From Squalus acanthias (taxonomy: Eukaryota), in contig CM059432.1 in NCBI GenBank assembly GCA_030390025.1, positions 26,414,001-26,478,000 on the forward strand: 64,000 nt of DNA, in the 5' to 3' direction. Below, piece after piece: positions 37,646 through 49,928 of this stretch (position 1 is its first letter; every line of letters starts with the position of its first letter). Both the position numbers and the translations under genes were made by a program. The notes under the pieces are model-generated. The model made no database searches. It saw only the letters and a program-made list of their open reading frames with translations, and had not been told where the DNA came from.

Positions 37646-40502
37646 TCAGTACCCTGTACCTGCCTTCTCGCCATATCCCTTGATACCTTTAGCTTTAAGA
37701 AATATATCTAACTCATTCTTGAATATATTTAATGACTTGGCCTCAACTACCTTCTGTGGTAGAGAATTCCACAGGTTCACCACTCTCTGGGTGAAGAAAT
37801 TCTTCCTCATTTCTGTCCTAAATGGCTTACCCCTTATCCTTAGATTATGACCCCTGGTTCTGGACTCTCCGACCATCGGGAACATTCTTCCTGCATCTAG
37901 TTTATCCAGACCTGTCAGAATTTTATATGTTTCGATGAGATCCCCTCTCATTCTTCTATACTCCAGCGAGTATAAGCCCAATCGACCCAATCTCTCCTCA
38001 TATGTCATTCCTGCCATCCCAGGTATCAGCCTTGTGAATCTTCGCTGAACTCCTTCCATGGCAAGAACATCCTTCCTCAGATAAGGCGACCAAAACTGCA
38101 CACAATACTCAAGGTGTGGTCTCACCAAGGCCCTGTACAACTGCAGCAGGACATCCCTGTTCCTATACTCAAACCCTTTCGCTATGAAGGCCAACATACC
38201 ATTTGCCTTCTTCACCGCCTGCTGCACCTGCATGCTTACCTTCAGCGACTGGTGCACAAGGACACCCAGGTCTCGTTGCACTTCCCCTTCTCCCAATCTA
38301 TTGCCATTCAGATAATAGTCTGCCTTTCTGTTTTTGACACCAAAGTGGATAACCTCGCATTTATCCACATTATATTGCATCTGCCACGCTTCTGCCCACT
38401 CACCCAACCTGTCCAAATCATCCTGGAGTTTCTCAGTATCCTCCTCGCAGCGCACACGCCCACCCAGCTTTGTGTCATCTGCAAACTTGGAGATATTACA
38501 TTTAGTTCCCTTATCTAGATCATTAATGTATATTGTGAATAGCTGGGGTCCAAGGACCGAACCCTGCGGTACTCCACTAGTCACTGCCTGCCACTCGGAA
38601 AAAGACCCATTAATTCCTACTCTCTGCTTTCTGTCCGCCAACCAGTTCTCTATCCAAGTCAATACCTTGCCCCCAATCCCATGTGCCTTAACTTTACACG
38701 CTAATCTCTTATGCAGGACCTTATCGAAAGCCTTTTGAAAGTCCAAATGCACCACATTTACTGGTTCTCCCTTATCTATTTTCCCAGTTACATCCTCAAA
38801 AAATTCCAGTGGATTAGTCAAGCACGATTTACCTTTTGTAAATCCATGTTGACTTTGTCCGATCCTGTCACTGTTTTTCAAGTGCTCAGCTATTACATCC
38901 TTTATAATGGACTCTAGCATTTTCCCCACTACCGATGTCAGGCTTACTGTAATTCCCCGCTTTCTCTCTACCACCCTTTTTGAATAGTGGGGTAACATTA
39001 GCTACCCTCCAATCCATGGGTACAGTTCCAGATTCCATTGAATGTTGGAAGATGATCAGCAATGCATCTACTATTTCTAGGGCTACTTCCTTAAGTACCC
39101 TAGGATGTAGATTATCAGGCCCTGGGGATTTATCGGCCTTCAATCCCGTCAATTTCCCTAACACCATTTCCCTGCAAATACTGATTTCTTTCAGTTCCTC
39201 CCTTTCATCAGACCCTATATTCTCCAACATCTCTGGGAGGTTATTTGTGTCCTCCTTTGTGAAGACAGAACCAAAATATGCATGTAATTGGTCTGCCATT
39301 TCTTTGTTCCCCGTTATAACTTCCCCCACTTCTGACTGCAAGGGACCGACACTTGATTTCGCTAATCTTTTTCTCTTCACATATCTATAAAAGCTCTTAC
39401 AGTCAGTTTTTATGTTCCCTGCAAGCTTACTTTCATATTCTATTTTCTCCTTCTTAATTAATCCCTTTGTCCTCCTTTGTTGAATCCTAAACTGCTCCTA
39501 ATCCTCAGGGTTACCGTTTTTTCTGGCAAATTTATATGCCCTCTCCTTGAATCTTATGCGATCCCTAATTTCCCTTATTAGCTACGGTTGAGTCACCCTT
39601 TTTGTTTTATTCTTATGCCACACTGGGATGAACAAATTCTGTAGTTCATCCATGCAGTCTTTGAATGTTTGCCATTGCCTATCCACCGTCAACCCTTTGA
39701 GTGACATTCCCCAATCAATCCTACCCAATTCGTGCCTCATACCATCGTAGTTTCCTTTATTTAAATTCAGGACCCTAGTCTCTGATTCAACTACTTCACT
39801 CTCCATCCTAATGAAGAATTCTATCATATTATGATCACTCTGACCCAAGGGGCCTCGTACAACAAGATTGCTAATTAATCCTTTCTCATTACATAATACC
39901 CAGTCTAAGATGGCCTGATCTCTGGTTGGTTCCTCGACATATGGTTCCAGAAAACCATGCCGTAAACATTCTAGGAATTCCTCCTCCACAGTATTTTTAC
40001 TAATTTGGTTAGCCCAATCTATATGTAAATTAAAGTCACCCATGATGACTGCTGTGTCCTTACTGCATGCTTCTCTAATTTCCCTTTTAATGCCGTCCCC
40101 AACCTCCGTATTACTGTTTGGAGGTCTATATACCACTCCCACTAACGTTTTCTGCCCCTTGTTATTTCTCAGTTCTACCCATACAGATTCCGCATCATCA
40201 GAGCTAATATCCTTCCTTTCAATTGTGTTAATTCCCTCTTTAACCAGCAATGCTACCCCACCTCCCTTTCTTTTTTGCCTATCTTTCCTAAATATTGAAT
40301 ACCCCTGGATGCTGAGTTCTCAGCCTTGGCCACCCTGGAGCCATGTTTCTGTAATCCCAATCAAATCATATTCATTTACCTCTATTTGCACAGCTAATTC
40401 ATCCACCTTGTTCCGAATGCTCCTTGCATTAAGACATAAAGCCTTCAGGCTTGTTTTTTTAACGCTCTCAGAACTATATGAATTATTATTTACTGTGACC
40501 AT
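37646..40502 (-). pseudogene. CR1 ORF2 (APE + RT) with a few stops and frameshifts
   Basis: ORFs 40320-40502 (CLNARSI, GITETWL), 39582-40250, 38886-39380 and 37646-38998 (450 aa, FADD). Confidence 0.93.
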
Positions 40503-40626
40503 GTTTGATTTAAACTGTTGAGTTCTTTGCCTTCTACTTTTGTTTTTCTCCTTCCTGTCTTTTGCTTTTATCCTTGTTTCCCTTTCCTCTGTCTCCCTGC
40601 TCAGGTTCCCAACCCCCTGCCACTTT

Positions 40627-41575
40627 AGTTTAAACCCTCCCCAACAGCACTAGCAAACAGTCCCCCTAGGACATCGGTCCTGGCCCTGCCCAGGTGCAGA
40701 CCATCCTGTTTGTACTGGTCCCACCTCCCCCAGAACCGGTTCCAATGTCCAAGGAATTTGAATCCCTCCCCCTTGCACCATTCCTCTAGTCACGTATTCA
40801 TTTGAACTATCCTCCTATTTCTACTCTGACTAGCACGTGGCACTGGTAGCAATCCTGAGATTACTACCTTTGAGGTCCTATTTTTTAATTTACCTCCTAA
40901 CTCCCTATATTCTGCTTTTAGGACCTCATCCCGTTTTTTACCTATATCGTTGATGCCTATGTGCACCACGGCAACTGGCTGTTCGCCCTCCCCCTCCAAA
41001 ATGTTCTGTAGCCGCTCCAAGACGTCCTTGACCCTTGCACCAGGGAGGCAACACACCATCCTGGAGTCTCGTTTGCGGCCGCAGAAACGCCTATCTATTC
41101 CCCTTACAATTGAGTCGCCTATCACTATAGCTCTTCCACATTATTTCCTCCCAGCCTGTGCAGCAGAGCCACCCATGGTGCCAGGAAGTTGGCTGCTGCT
41201 GCCTTCCCCTGATAAGTCATCCCCCCCAACAGTATCCAACGTGTTATATCTGTTTGAGAGGGGTATGGCCACAGGGGACCCTTGCACTACCTGCCTGCAC
41301 CTCTTACTCTGCCTGGTGGTCACCCATTCACTTCCTGCCTGTGCACCCTTTACCGGCAGTGTGACCAACTCGTTAAACATGCTATCCACGACGTTCTCAG
41401 CATCGCGAATGCTCCAATATGCATCCATCCGCAGCTCCAGCGCCGCAATGCGGTCTATCAGTAGCTGCAGCTGGATACACTTCCCACACACATGGTCGTC
41501 AGGGACACAGGAAGCGTCCCTGATTTCCCACATATAGCAGGAGGAGCATATGACGGGGTGGAGCTCTCCTGCCAT
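40627..41575 (-). pseudogene. CR1 ORF1 with SGNH esterase domain
   Basis: CSSC...HVCGKC, IGDSIVRG and VHIGINDI; in-frame stops. Confidence 0.88.
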
Positions 41576-41664
41576 GACTTACCCTTTAACTAATTAATTA
41601 AAATTAAATTAAATGAATCCCACCAATTTCACTTCAATTAAATGATATACTCAAGGGCCCTTTC

Positions 41665-41912
41665 CCGACACTGCTCTCTGTAAAAAGCCCACAAAAGTGA
41701 GTTTAACTACTCACTGTGCTGCTGCTCTCTCCGCTCCCGGCACTGGCCTCTGGAAAAAAGCCCGCGAAAGTGAGTTTAACTACTCACTGTGCTGCTGCTC
41801 TCTCCACTGCCGACACTGGCCCCTGTAAAAAAGCCCGCGAAAGTGAGTTTAAATACTCACTGTGCTGCTGTTCTCTCCGCTCCCGACACTGGCCTCTGGA
41901 AAAAAGCCCGCG
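41665..41912 (-). repeat. 73-bp tandem monomers in the CR1 5' UTR (about 3.4 copies)
   Basis: tcactgtgctgctg recurs at 41711, 41784 and 41857. Confidence 0.9.
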
Positions 41913-42199
41913 CTATAGGAAACCCCTGCTCCCAGTGTGTCTGCGCTTTAAAATCCAGCCCTATGTGTATGTGCATTTCTATCCTCCAAACTAATTGCCT
42001 TTTCATACAGCTAGTTACTAAACTTTCTTCATAGGCGCGTCTCGGGTTCAAATCCACTTGAGAAAGATATATTTCTGAGTTGGTATAGTGGAAATAGACT
42101 TATGGGCCTTCTTCAACTGAATCAATCTTGTGACATCCTGGAATTGTCTGCAAGCTTAGATATTTTGCTTTTAGTACCTTCATTCAGATCATTTACAAA

Positions 42200-42830
42200 T
42201 TTATTTAGATCTTTATAAATATTTTGGACAGCACAGGTCCCAGGACTGACTCCTAGAGTTCTCCACTGGCCACAACTATCCAATTAGTTGCTGCCATTGA
42301 TCATTATCCTCTTTTTCCTGATATTTTGCCAATTTATTATCCTATTTATTGCTTCCTCTTCTATCCCCAAGAGTTCTCACTTTAGCCACATGTCTCTCGA
42401 GAAGCATGGTATTAAATGTCTTCTGAAAGTCTTAGATATATGATATCCATTGCATTATACTCAACCACCAATTCTGATACATCCTCAAAGAATTCTGATA
42501 AACTTGTTTGGCATGAGTGACCTTTTCTAAACCTATGTTGGCTTGGAAATACTGCCTTTTTACTCTTCTTAAATGCAACTTGAATTACTTCCTTTGTAAC
42601 TGATTCCAGTGTTTTTTTTCTACTGTAGATATTAAGCTGACAGAATTGACCAAAGTTTGACCTTTAAAAAAAAACCTGCAAGAACATTTGCTTTTTTGTC
42701 ATCGTCTTGTACTACCCTCTGAACATAATGAGCGTGAACATTTTCAGCAGGGCATTCTTCTTGCCTCATGCTTTTAAATGTTTCTGGATGTGCTCCACCG
42801 GGTCTTGTTGTCTTCTGACATTATACCATG
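42200..42830 (-). mobile_element. Old, highly decayed CR1 RT fragment
   Basis: Reverse complement resembles SPGP, QHRFRKGHSC, IYLRLSEDI and QESVLGPVL segments. Confidence 0.5.
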
Positions 42831-42944
42831 TAATTTGTACTGCAATGTTCTCATAAATTGAAGTACAGCGATATTAACAGCTTTTATTTCACAGGGAAAT
42901 AACATACTCTGTATTTTATGCCATGAACTCATCATTACTTCTTA

Positions 42945-43305
42945 TTTCTTTTCCTTCAAATTTTCTCCCATTCCCTCCCTTCCTTCCCCACCTGAAGGCG
43001 TTAACCAATTGCTGTGGTAGTTTCGCAGACATTGTTTGTCATGCCTTGCTTCTAGCCAAGTGGTCATGTTCACGTGTGAGTCTTGTTAAGGAATCTTGGC
43101 AGGTTATTCAACTGTGTGGGCATCACAGTTGAGGCCCGAACCTGTCCTGGATAGCAATCAGAAGCGAAAACTTTGGGTGACTTTTCTCCGCTCTGCATTA
43201 ATGGCAATTGTAGCTGAGATCAAATGGCTCAGCACAGACTGAGATCAAACAATGGACTTTCTTGGTCTGTGTGGTTCAGCTATTTGCTGTCTTAATCAAC
43301 TCAGC
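42945..43305 (-). mobile_element. Old SINE-like repeat, family S1, head split by the Penelope insertion (continues 44574-44605)
   Basis: Reverse complement homologous to 630-950 and 16845-17170. Confidence 0.6.
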
Positions 43306-44223
43306 ACTTCACTCTACCGCAAGCCCACGGACAACCTCACGATGCTCCACTTCTCCAGCTTCCACCCTAACCACGTTAAAGAAGCCATCCCCTATGGACA
43401 AGCCCTGCGAATACACAGGATCTGCTCAGACGAGGAGGAACGCGATGGACACCTACGGACACTGAAAGACGCTCTCGTAAGAACGGGATATGACGCTCGA
43501 CTCGTCGATCGACAGTTCCGACGGGCCACAGCGAAAAACCGCATAGACCTCCTCAGAAGACGAACACTGGACACAACCAACAGAGTACCCTACGTCGTCC
43601 AGTACTTCCCCGGAGCGGAAAAACTACGCCATGTTCTTCGCAGCCTTCAACATGTCATCGATGACGACGAACACCTTGCTAAGGCCATCCCCACGCCTCC
43701 ACTACTCGCCTTCAAGCAGCCGCCTAACCTCAAAAGTACCATCGTTCGCAGCACATTACCCATCTTTCAGGAGAACAGCAACCAAGACACCACACAACCC
43801 TGCCACGGCAACCTCTGCAAGACATGCCAAATCATGGACACAGATACCATCATTACACGTGAGGACACTACCCACCAGGTACACGGTACATACTCATGTG
43901 ACTCGGCCAACGTTGTCTACCTGATACGTTGCAGTAAAGGATGCTCCAGAGCATGGTACATCGGCGAGACCATGCAGACACTGAGACAACGTATGAACGG
44001 ACACCGCGCAACAATCGCCAGGCAGGAGGGTTGCCTCCCAGTCGGGGAACACTTCAGCAGCCAGGGGCATTCAGCCTCGGATCTGCGGGTAAGCGTTCTC
44101 CAAGGCGGCCTTCGAGATACACGACAGCGCAAAATCATAGAGCAGAAACTGATAGCCAAGTTCCGCACTCATGAGGATGGCCTCAATCGCGATATCGGGT
44201 TCATGTCACGATACAGAACGTGA
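43306..44223 (+). CDS. Penelope-like ORF C-terminal part: RT thumb, Cys linker, GIY-YIG endonuclease (partial, no real start)
   Basis: LYRKPTD...HP...IPYGQALRIHRICSD; PCHGNLCKTC; VVYLIRC...YIGET...LRQRMNGH...E...GLN; uninterrupted frame. Confidence 0.88.
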   Translation, partial: TSLYRKPTDNLTMLHFSSFHPNHVKEAIPYGQALRIHRICSDEEERDGHLRTLKDALVRTGYDARLVDRQFRRATAKNRIDLLRRRTLDTTNRVPYVVQYFPGAEKLRHVLRSLQHVIDDDEHLAKAIPTPPLLAFKQPPNLKSTIVRSTLPIFQENSNQDTTQPCHGNLCKTCQIMDTDTIITREDTTHQVHGTYSCDSANVVYLIRCSKGCSRAWYIGETMQTLRQRMNGHRATIARQEGCLPVGEHFSSQGHSASDLRVSVLQGGLRDTRQRKIIEQKLIAKFRTHEDGLNRDIGFMSRYRT

Positions 44224-44449
44224 CTTGACATCATGGCCGGTCTTCCCAGGTGTTTTTTTTTGGTTTTTTTTTTTTTTAAAAACACAAGAACACAAATTGA
44301 CAGGATATGCAGCCAGCAGGTGGTTTGACACGCTGGACCCCCTGGGACACATCTCATTGTCTTGGCTGTGCTCTTTGTTGTAGCGAATAATGTGAATAGA
44401 TTTTGTCTGGGTTTAAATTGTGAATTCTGGGAGATTCTCTCATTGCTAA

Positions 44450-44490
44450 CTTACCTGACGAAGGAGCGATAGCTCCGAAAGCTTGTAAAA
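44450..44490 (+). ncRNA. Minimal hammerhead ribozyme
   Basis: CTGACGA 44455-44461, stem II ggagc/gctcc with gata loop, GAAA 44477-44480, palindrome AAGCTT. Confidence 0.75.
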
Positions 44491-45284
44491 TTAAATAAAT
44501 CTGTTGGACTATAACCTGGTGTTGTGCGACTTCTCATTTTTGTCCACCCCAGTCCAACGCCGGCATCTCCACATCTTAATCAACTCAGCCATTGTGGGAG
44601 CCTCCAGGAATTCAGATATAACACACAATATTAAATGCCCTGTCTGCAATATGCTCCTCATAATAGCATTCTATTATCACAGCCTCTCAGATGATATACA
44701 CTGGATCGAAGGGATAATTCTTTGATCAAACACTCCTAGCAACGAACAGCACTTGCAGAGAGCTGGTAAGGAAATCAAGGGGCTTCCAGGCCCTGATATT
44801 CCATCTATTGATTTAAATGGATAGAAAATAAGGGCTGCAAGCCCTTAATTTCCTAATTAGCAGTCCCTGTGAACACTGTTCCTCATCCGGAACATCCAAC
44901 TGGGGAATCATCTCTATAGTTCCTTGATTAATGGGTGATAGGGCCTTCTACTATCTCCACAGTGTCTCTAACCCAGGGCAGGCTTTGTTCAGATGGCCCA
45001 TTTTAATATTCTCCATAACCCTTGTCCCCTTCATCTTCACTTTTAGATGGAGTACCAGTTGATACAAACAAAAGCATTTTCATTAAAACACAAACAAGGC
45101 AGATAATTCAGATATACGCAGCTTCGGTACAAGTGAAATTCATCTATTGATGGTGGGCAACATAATTGGCAATTTACCAGTGTTAGGATAAATAGTCCTA
45201 AAAATCCAGCAATGCTGGCAGTCATATTGGGATACTTCCCTCCAGCACTGACCCTGCTCAAATTTGTGGGTTGAATGGGAATTT

Positions 45285-46778
45285 TCTTTTTATCTGTTTT
45301 TTTACAGGATGTGGACGTCGCTGACAAGGCCAGCATTTATTGCCCATCCCTAATTGCCCTTGAGAAGGTGGTGGTGAGTTGCCTTCTTGAACTGCTACAG
45401 TCTGTGTGGTGAAGGTACTCCCATTGTGCTGTTAGGTAGGGAGTTCCAGGATTTTGACCCAGCGACGATGAAGGATCGGCGATATACTTCTAAGTCAGGA
45501 TGGTTTGTGACTTGGAGGGGAACTTGGAGGTGGTGGTGTTCCCATGCGCCTGCTGCCCTCGTCCTTCTAGGTGGAAGAGGTCGCGGGTTTGGGAGGTGCT
45601 GCTGAAGAAACCTTGGCCAGTTGCTGCAGTGCATCTTGTAGATGGTACACACTGCAGCCACAGTATGCCGGTGGTGGAAGGAGTGAATATTTAAGGTGGT
45701 AGATGGGGTGCCAATCAAGCGGGCTGCTTTGTCCTGTATGGTGTTGAGCTTCTTGAGTGTTGTTGGAGCTGCACTCATCCAGGCAAGTGGAGAGTATTCC
45801 ATCACACTCCTTACTTGTGCCTTGTAGATAGTAGAAAGGCTTTTGGGAGTCAGGAGGTGAGACACCTAGCATCTGACCTGCTCTTGTTGCCACAGTATTT
45901 ATGTGGCTGGTCCAGTTAAGTTTCTGGTCAATGGTGACCCCCAGGATGTTGATGGTGGGAGTTTCTGCGATCGTAATACCATTGAATGTCAAGGGGCGGT
46001 GGTTAGACTCGCGCTTGTTGGAGATAGTCATTGCCTGGCACTTCTGTGGCGCGAATGTTACCTGCCACTTATCAACCCAAGCCTGAACGTCGTCCAGGTC
46101 TTGTTGCATGCGGGCATGGACTGCTTCATTATCTGAGGAGTTGTGAATGGCACTGAACACTGTGCAGTCATCAGCGAACATCCCCATTTCTGACCTTATG
46201 TTGGAGGGAAGATCATTGATGAAGCAGCTAAAGATGGTTAGGCCAAGGACACTGCCCTGAGAAACTCCTGCAGCGATGTCCTGGGGCTGTGATGATTGAC
46301 CTTCAATCACCACAACCATCTTCCTTTGTGATAGGTATGACTCCAGCCAGTGAAGAGTTTTCCCCCCGATTCCCATTGACTTCAGTTTTACTGGGGCTCC
46401 TTCATGCCACACTCGGTCAAACGCTGCCTTGATGTCAAGGGCAGTCACTCTCACCTCACCTCTGGAATTGAGCTCTTTTGTCCATGTTTGGACCAAGGCT
46501 GGAATGAGGTCGGGAGCAGAATGGTCTTGGCGGAACCCAAACTGGGCAACAGTGAGCAGGTTATTGGTGAGTAAGTGCCACTTGATAGCACTGTCGATGA
46601 CACCTTCCATCACTTTGCTGATGATTGAGAGTAGACTGATGGGGTGGTAATTGGCCAGATTGGATTTGTCCTGCTTTTTGTGGACAGGACATACCTGGGC
46701 AGTTTTCCACATTGTCGGATAGATGCCAGTGTTGTAGCTGTACTGGAACAGCTTGGCTAGAGGCGCAGCTAGTTCTGT
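45285..46778 (-). mobile_element. 5'-truncated LINE, family B, with most of the RT
   Basis: ORF 45567-46841 NYHPISLLS, QFGFR, LDIKAAFDRVWH, QGSVLG, FADD; ORF 45395-45865; family B tail. Confidence 0.92.
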
Positions 46779-48319
46779 AATTCTAGGGAATGCGTCTAAT
46801 TGCATGGGACAAGGTAGGCGCAAATTCCACTGTGGGCACATCTCTGGTGTTCATCTGTCCCATGTAGCCGGAAAATCTGGGGCCTGCTCGCCACTGGGGG
46901 TTTTCCCTATTCCCCCTCCCAGACGAGTTCTCCTTTGATCCTATGCGTAAGGAGGCCCATCAAGATTTTTTTCAAAATTTTACCTATTTTGCGAATCCAG
47001 GTTGCTTGCTTCCCCTGAACCTCCCAGTGGGGCCCACCTCTGCCTATTGGAGATTGGCATGCCTCATCTCATTAGGAGTACTTGACTCCAGTACACGGGG
47101 TCCTGAATGAGTTAGGGAAGTAAGAGCTCCTGGCTCCGCCTCCGTCTTGCAAATGTTGGAAGCAGTGGGGATCTGATGCAAACGGGGCCCTGCCATTTTC
47201 CAGTGGTTTATGCCGGTCTGCTGCCAGAGATTTAGCGGGAGTCCAACGCAACCTTTGTGGATCTATTGGCCAATGTCATTACTTAAAAGGTGACAGCGCA
47301 ATGTAACCTCACCCTCTCTACCTCTAACATGAACCTTTGTCGTGGTTCCCCCTACTCTCTTTTCTTTATTTTCTATGCTTTAAGAATTTCAAGGATTTCT
47401 AACAACACTGTGTAGGCAGCAGTTCAAGGTGCAATATCACATCAAACACAGGCGGAGAGAGGCTTAGAGAAAAATTAAACAAAGATTTAATCTGGATGGG
47501 TTTCAATTCAAAATTGTTATTTTCTACAAAGGCTCAAAAGACTAAATCCATCATGGAATTTGTTTTACTTCATGCCAGTGCAGGTCAGCATCTTGGTGCC
47601 CGTTCTGCTCAGTGTTAATTTATGGCTGTTCTATTGTCCCTGTATTGAACACATTTTTCAAGTAATGCATGAAGGTGAAGTGGGCCAGATAACATTTCTC
47701 TCAGGTCCTCTTTACTCACGGGGTTCTTTGTCGTCTTGTCTTTCGTTCAGAAATATATTTTCCTTTTGCGACCCTTATCTTGAAGGCAATGACTTATGTT
47801 GGGTTATAGTTCCACAATGGAGAGCAGCCCTCTCATACTTCACCCTAGTGCCCTTTCTTCACCTGTGTGATAGTCAGTGAATGTTGGCACACTATTAGAC
47901 CATGAAACACGCACACCCTTCAAAAGTATTTGATTATAGAATCATAAAAGTTACAGCGCAGAAACAGCAATATCATTACTTGTGCTAATATTAGTTCCTC
48001 AACTGGAGCTATCAGCTCTAATCCCATTTCCCCCTCAGTTGGTACTTAGGCTTTCATTAGCCTTTGTGCCACTTATAATTATTTATTTATTTTCCTCTAA
48101 ACTCTCTTTACTGGCCCTGGAGGGTTTGCCACCTGAAATCCTGTGTTTGGAGAAAAAGGGGAGCAGTGGAATGATGCCAGGCAGGTCAGGCTGCACCCCC
48201 GCCTCACTGTGGCAGATGTTGCTGGTGGAAGGCCCTTTTTTCAATGCACCAGAGGACCTCCTAGTGGTATCACCATGAGATGTGAATGCCTGTCTAACCC
48301 TTATGCTAGAGGGTTCATC

Positions 48320-48553
48320 AGAATCAGAGAATAGCACAGCACAGAAGGAGGCCGTTTGTCTCATTGAATCTGCGCCGGCTCTTTCAAAGAGTTAGTCCCA
48401 CTTCCACTCTCCTTCCCCATATCCCTGAATATTTTCTCCTTCAAGTATTTATCTAATTCCCTTTTAAAGGCTGCTACTGAATCTGTATCCAACACCCTAT
48501 CAGGCAGTGCATTCCAAATCCTAACCACTCGTTGCGTAAAATAGTTTTTCCTC
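48320..48553 (-). mobile_element. CR1 3' fragment, continues at 49872-49927
   Basis: FTQRVVRIWNALP...FKRELDKYL; split by the family B element. Confidence 0.8.
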
Positions 48554-48559
48554 TTTAAA

Positions 48560-49871
48560 AAAAAAATCATTTATGGGATGTGGGCGTCGCTGGCAAGGCC
48601 AGCATTTATTGCCCATCCCCAATTGCCCTTGAGAAGGTGGTGGTGAGCCGCATTCTTGAACCACTGCAGTCAAGGTACTCCCACAGTGCTGTTAGGTAGG
48701 GAGTTCCAGGATTTTGATCCAGCGACGATATACTTCAGGATGGTGTGTGACTTGGAGGGGGTGGTGTTCCCATGCACCTGCTGCTCCTGTCTCTCTAGGT
48801 GGAAGAGGTCGCGGGTTTGGGAGGTGCTGCCGAAGAAACCATGACGAGTTGCTGCAGTGCATCTTGTAGATGGTACACACTGCAACCACGGTGGAGGGAA
48901 TGACTGTTTAAGATGGTGGATGGGGTGCCAATCAAGCAGGCTGCTTTGTCCTGGATGGTGTTGAGCTTCTTGAGTGTTGTTGGAGTTGCACTCATCCAGG
49001 CAAGTGGAGAGTATTCCATCACACTCCTGACTTGTGCCTTGCAGATGGTGGAAAGGCTTTGGGGAGTCAGGAGGTGAGACACTCGCCACAGAATACCTAG
49101 CCTCTGTTGCCACGGTGTTTACGTGGCTGGTCAATGGTGACCCCCAGGATGTTGATGTGGGGGATTCGCCGATGGTAATGCCATCGAATGTCAAGGGGAG
49201 GTGGTTAGACTCTCGCTTGTTGGAGATAGTCACCTGGCACTTCTGTGACACGAATGTTACCTGCCACTTATCAGCCCAAGCCTGAACATCGTCCAGGTCT
49301 TTTTGCATGCGGGCATGGACTGCTTCATTATCTGAGGAGTTGTGAATGGCGCTGAACACTGTGCAGTCATCAGTGAACATCCCCATTTCTGACCTTATGT
49401 TGGAGGGAAGGTCATTGATGACACAGCTAAAGATGGTTAGGCCTAGGACACTGCCCTCAGCAATGTCCTGGGACAGCTCTCCCAATTTTGGCACAAGACC
49501 CCAGATGTTGGTGAGGAGGACTTTGCAGGGTCGACTGGGCTGGGTGTCCGTAGCTGGTGCCGACGTCAATGCCGGGTGGTCCGTCCGGTTTCATTCTTAT
49601 TATTGCGTTTTGTAGTGGTTTGTTACAACTGAGTGGTTTGCTAGGCTGTTTCAGAGGGCAGTTAAGAGTCAATCACATTGCTGTGGCTCTGGAGTCACAT
49701 ATAGGCCAGACCAGTAATGACAGCAGATTTCCTTCTAGCTTTTTATTCCAGATTTATTTAATTAACTGAATTTAAATTCCCCACCTGGGATTTGAACTCA
49801 TATCTCTGGATCATTAGTCCAGGCTCGCTGGATTACTAGCCCAGTGACATTACCACTACCCTACCATTCCC
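48560..49871 (-). mobile_element. Internally deleted family B LINE with intact tRNA-like 5' head
   Basis: A-box-like 49853-49863, B box GAGTTCAAATCCC 49787-49799, SINE core, KVLLTNIWGLVPKLGEL endonuclease start, jump to the RT at about 49468, family B tail. Confidence 0.85.
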
Positions 49872-49928
49872 TTCATGTCACCTCTGATTATTTTGCCAAT
49901 CACCTTAAAGCTGTGTCCTCTGGTTATC

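Larger units (their letters stand above)
37552..41915 (-). mobile_element. Near-full-length, relatively young CR1 LINE
   Basis: Tail at 37552; ORF2 and ORF1 nearly continuous; tandem 5' UTR monomers. Confidence 0.95.
43306..44573 (+). mobile_element. 5'-truncated Penelope-like element (Neptune-like)
   Basis: 16-bp TSD tcttaatcaactcagc at 43290-43305 and 44574-44589; open RT-thumb/GIY-YIG frame; hammerhead in the 3' UTR. Confidence 0.92.

Noticed and set aside
38114..40521. Plus-strand ORFs of 130-160 aa
   Set aside because: Antisense shadows of CR1 ORF2.
41665..41912. CRISPR-like array
   Set aside because: Head-to-tail monomers without unique spacers, in eukaryotic context with no cas genes.
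43252..43305. ATG start of the 323-aa ORF
   Set aside because: The first ~18 codons come from flanking SINE sequence and the TSD, so the fusion is fortuitous.
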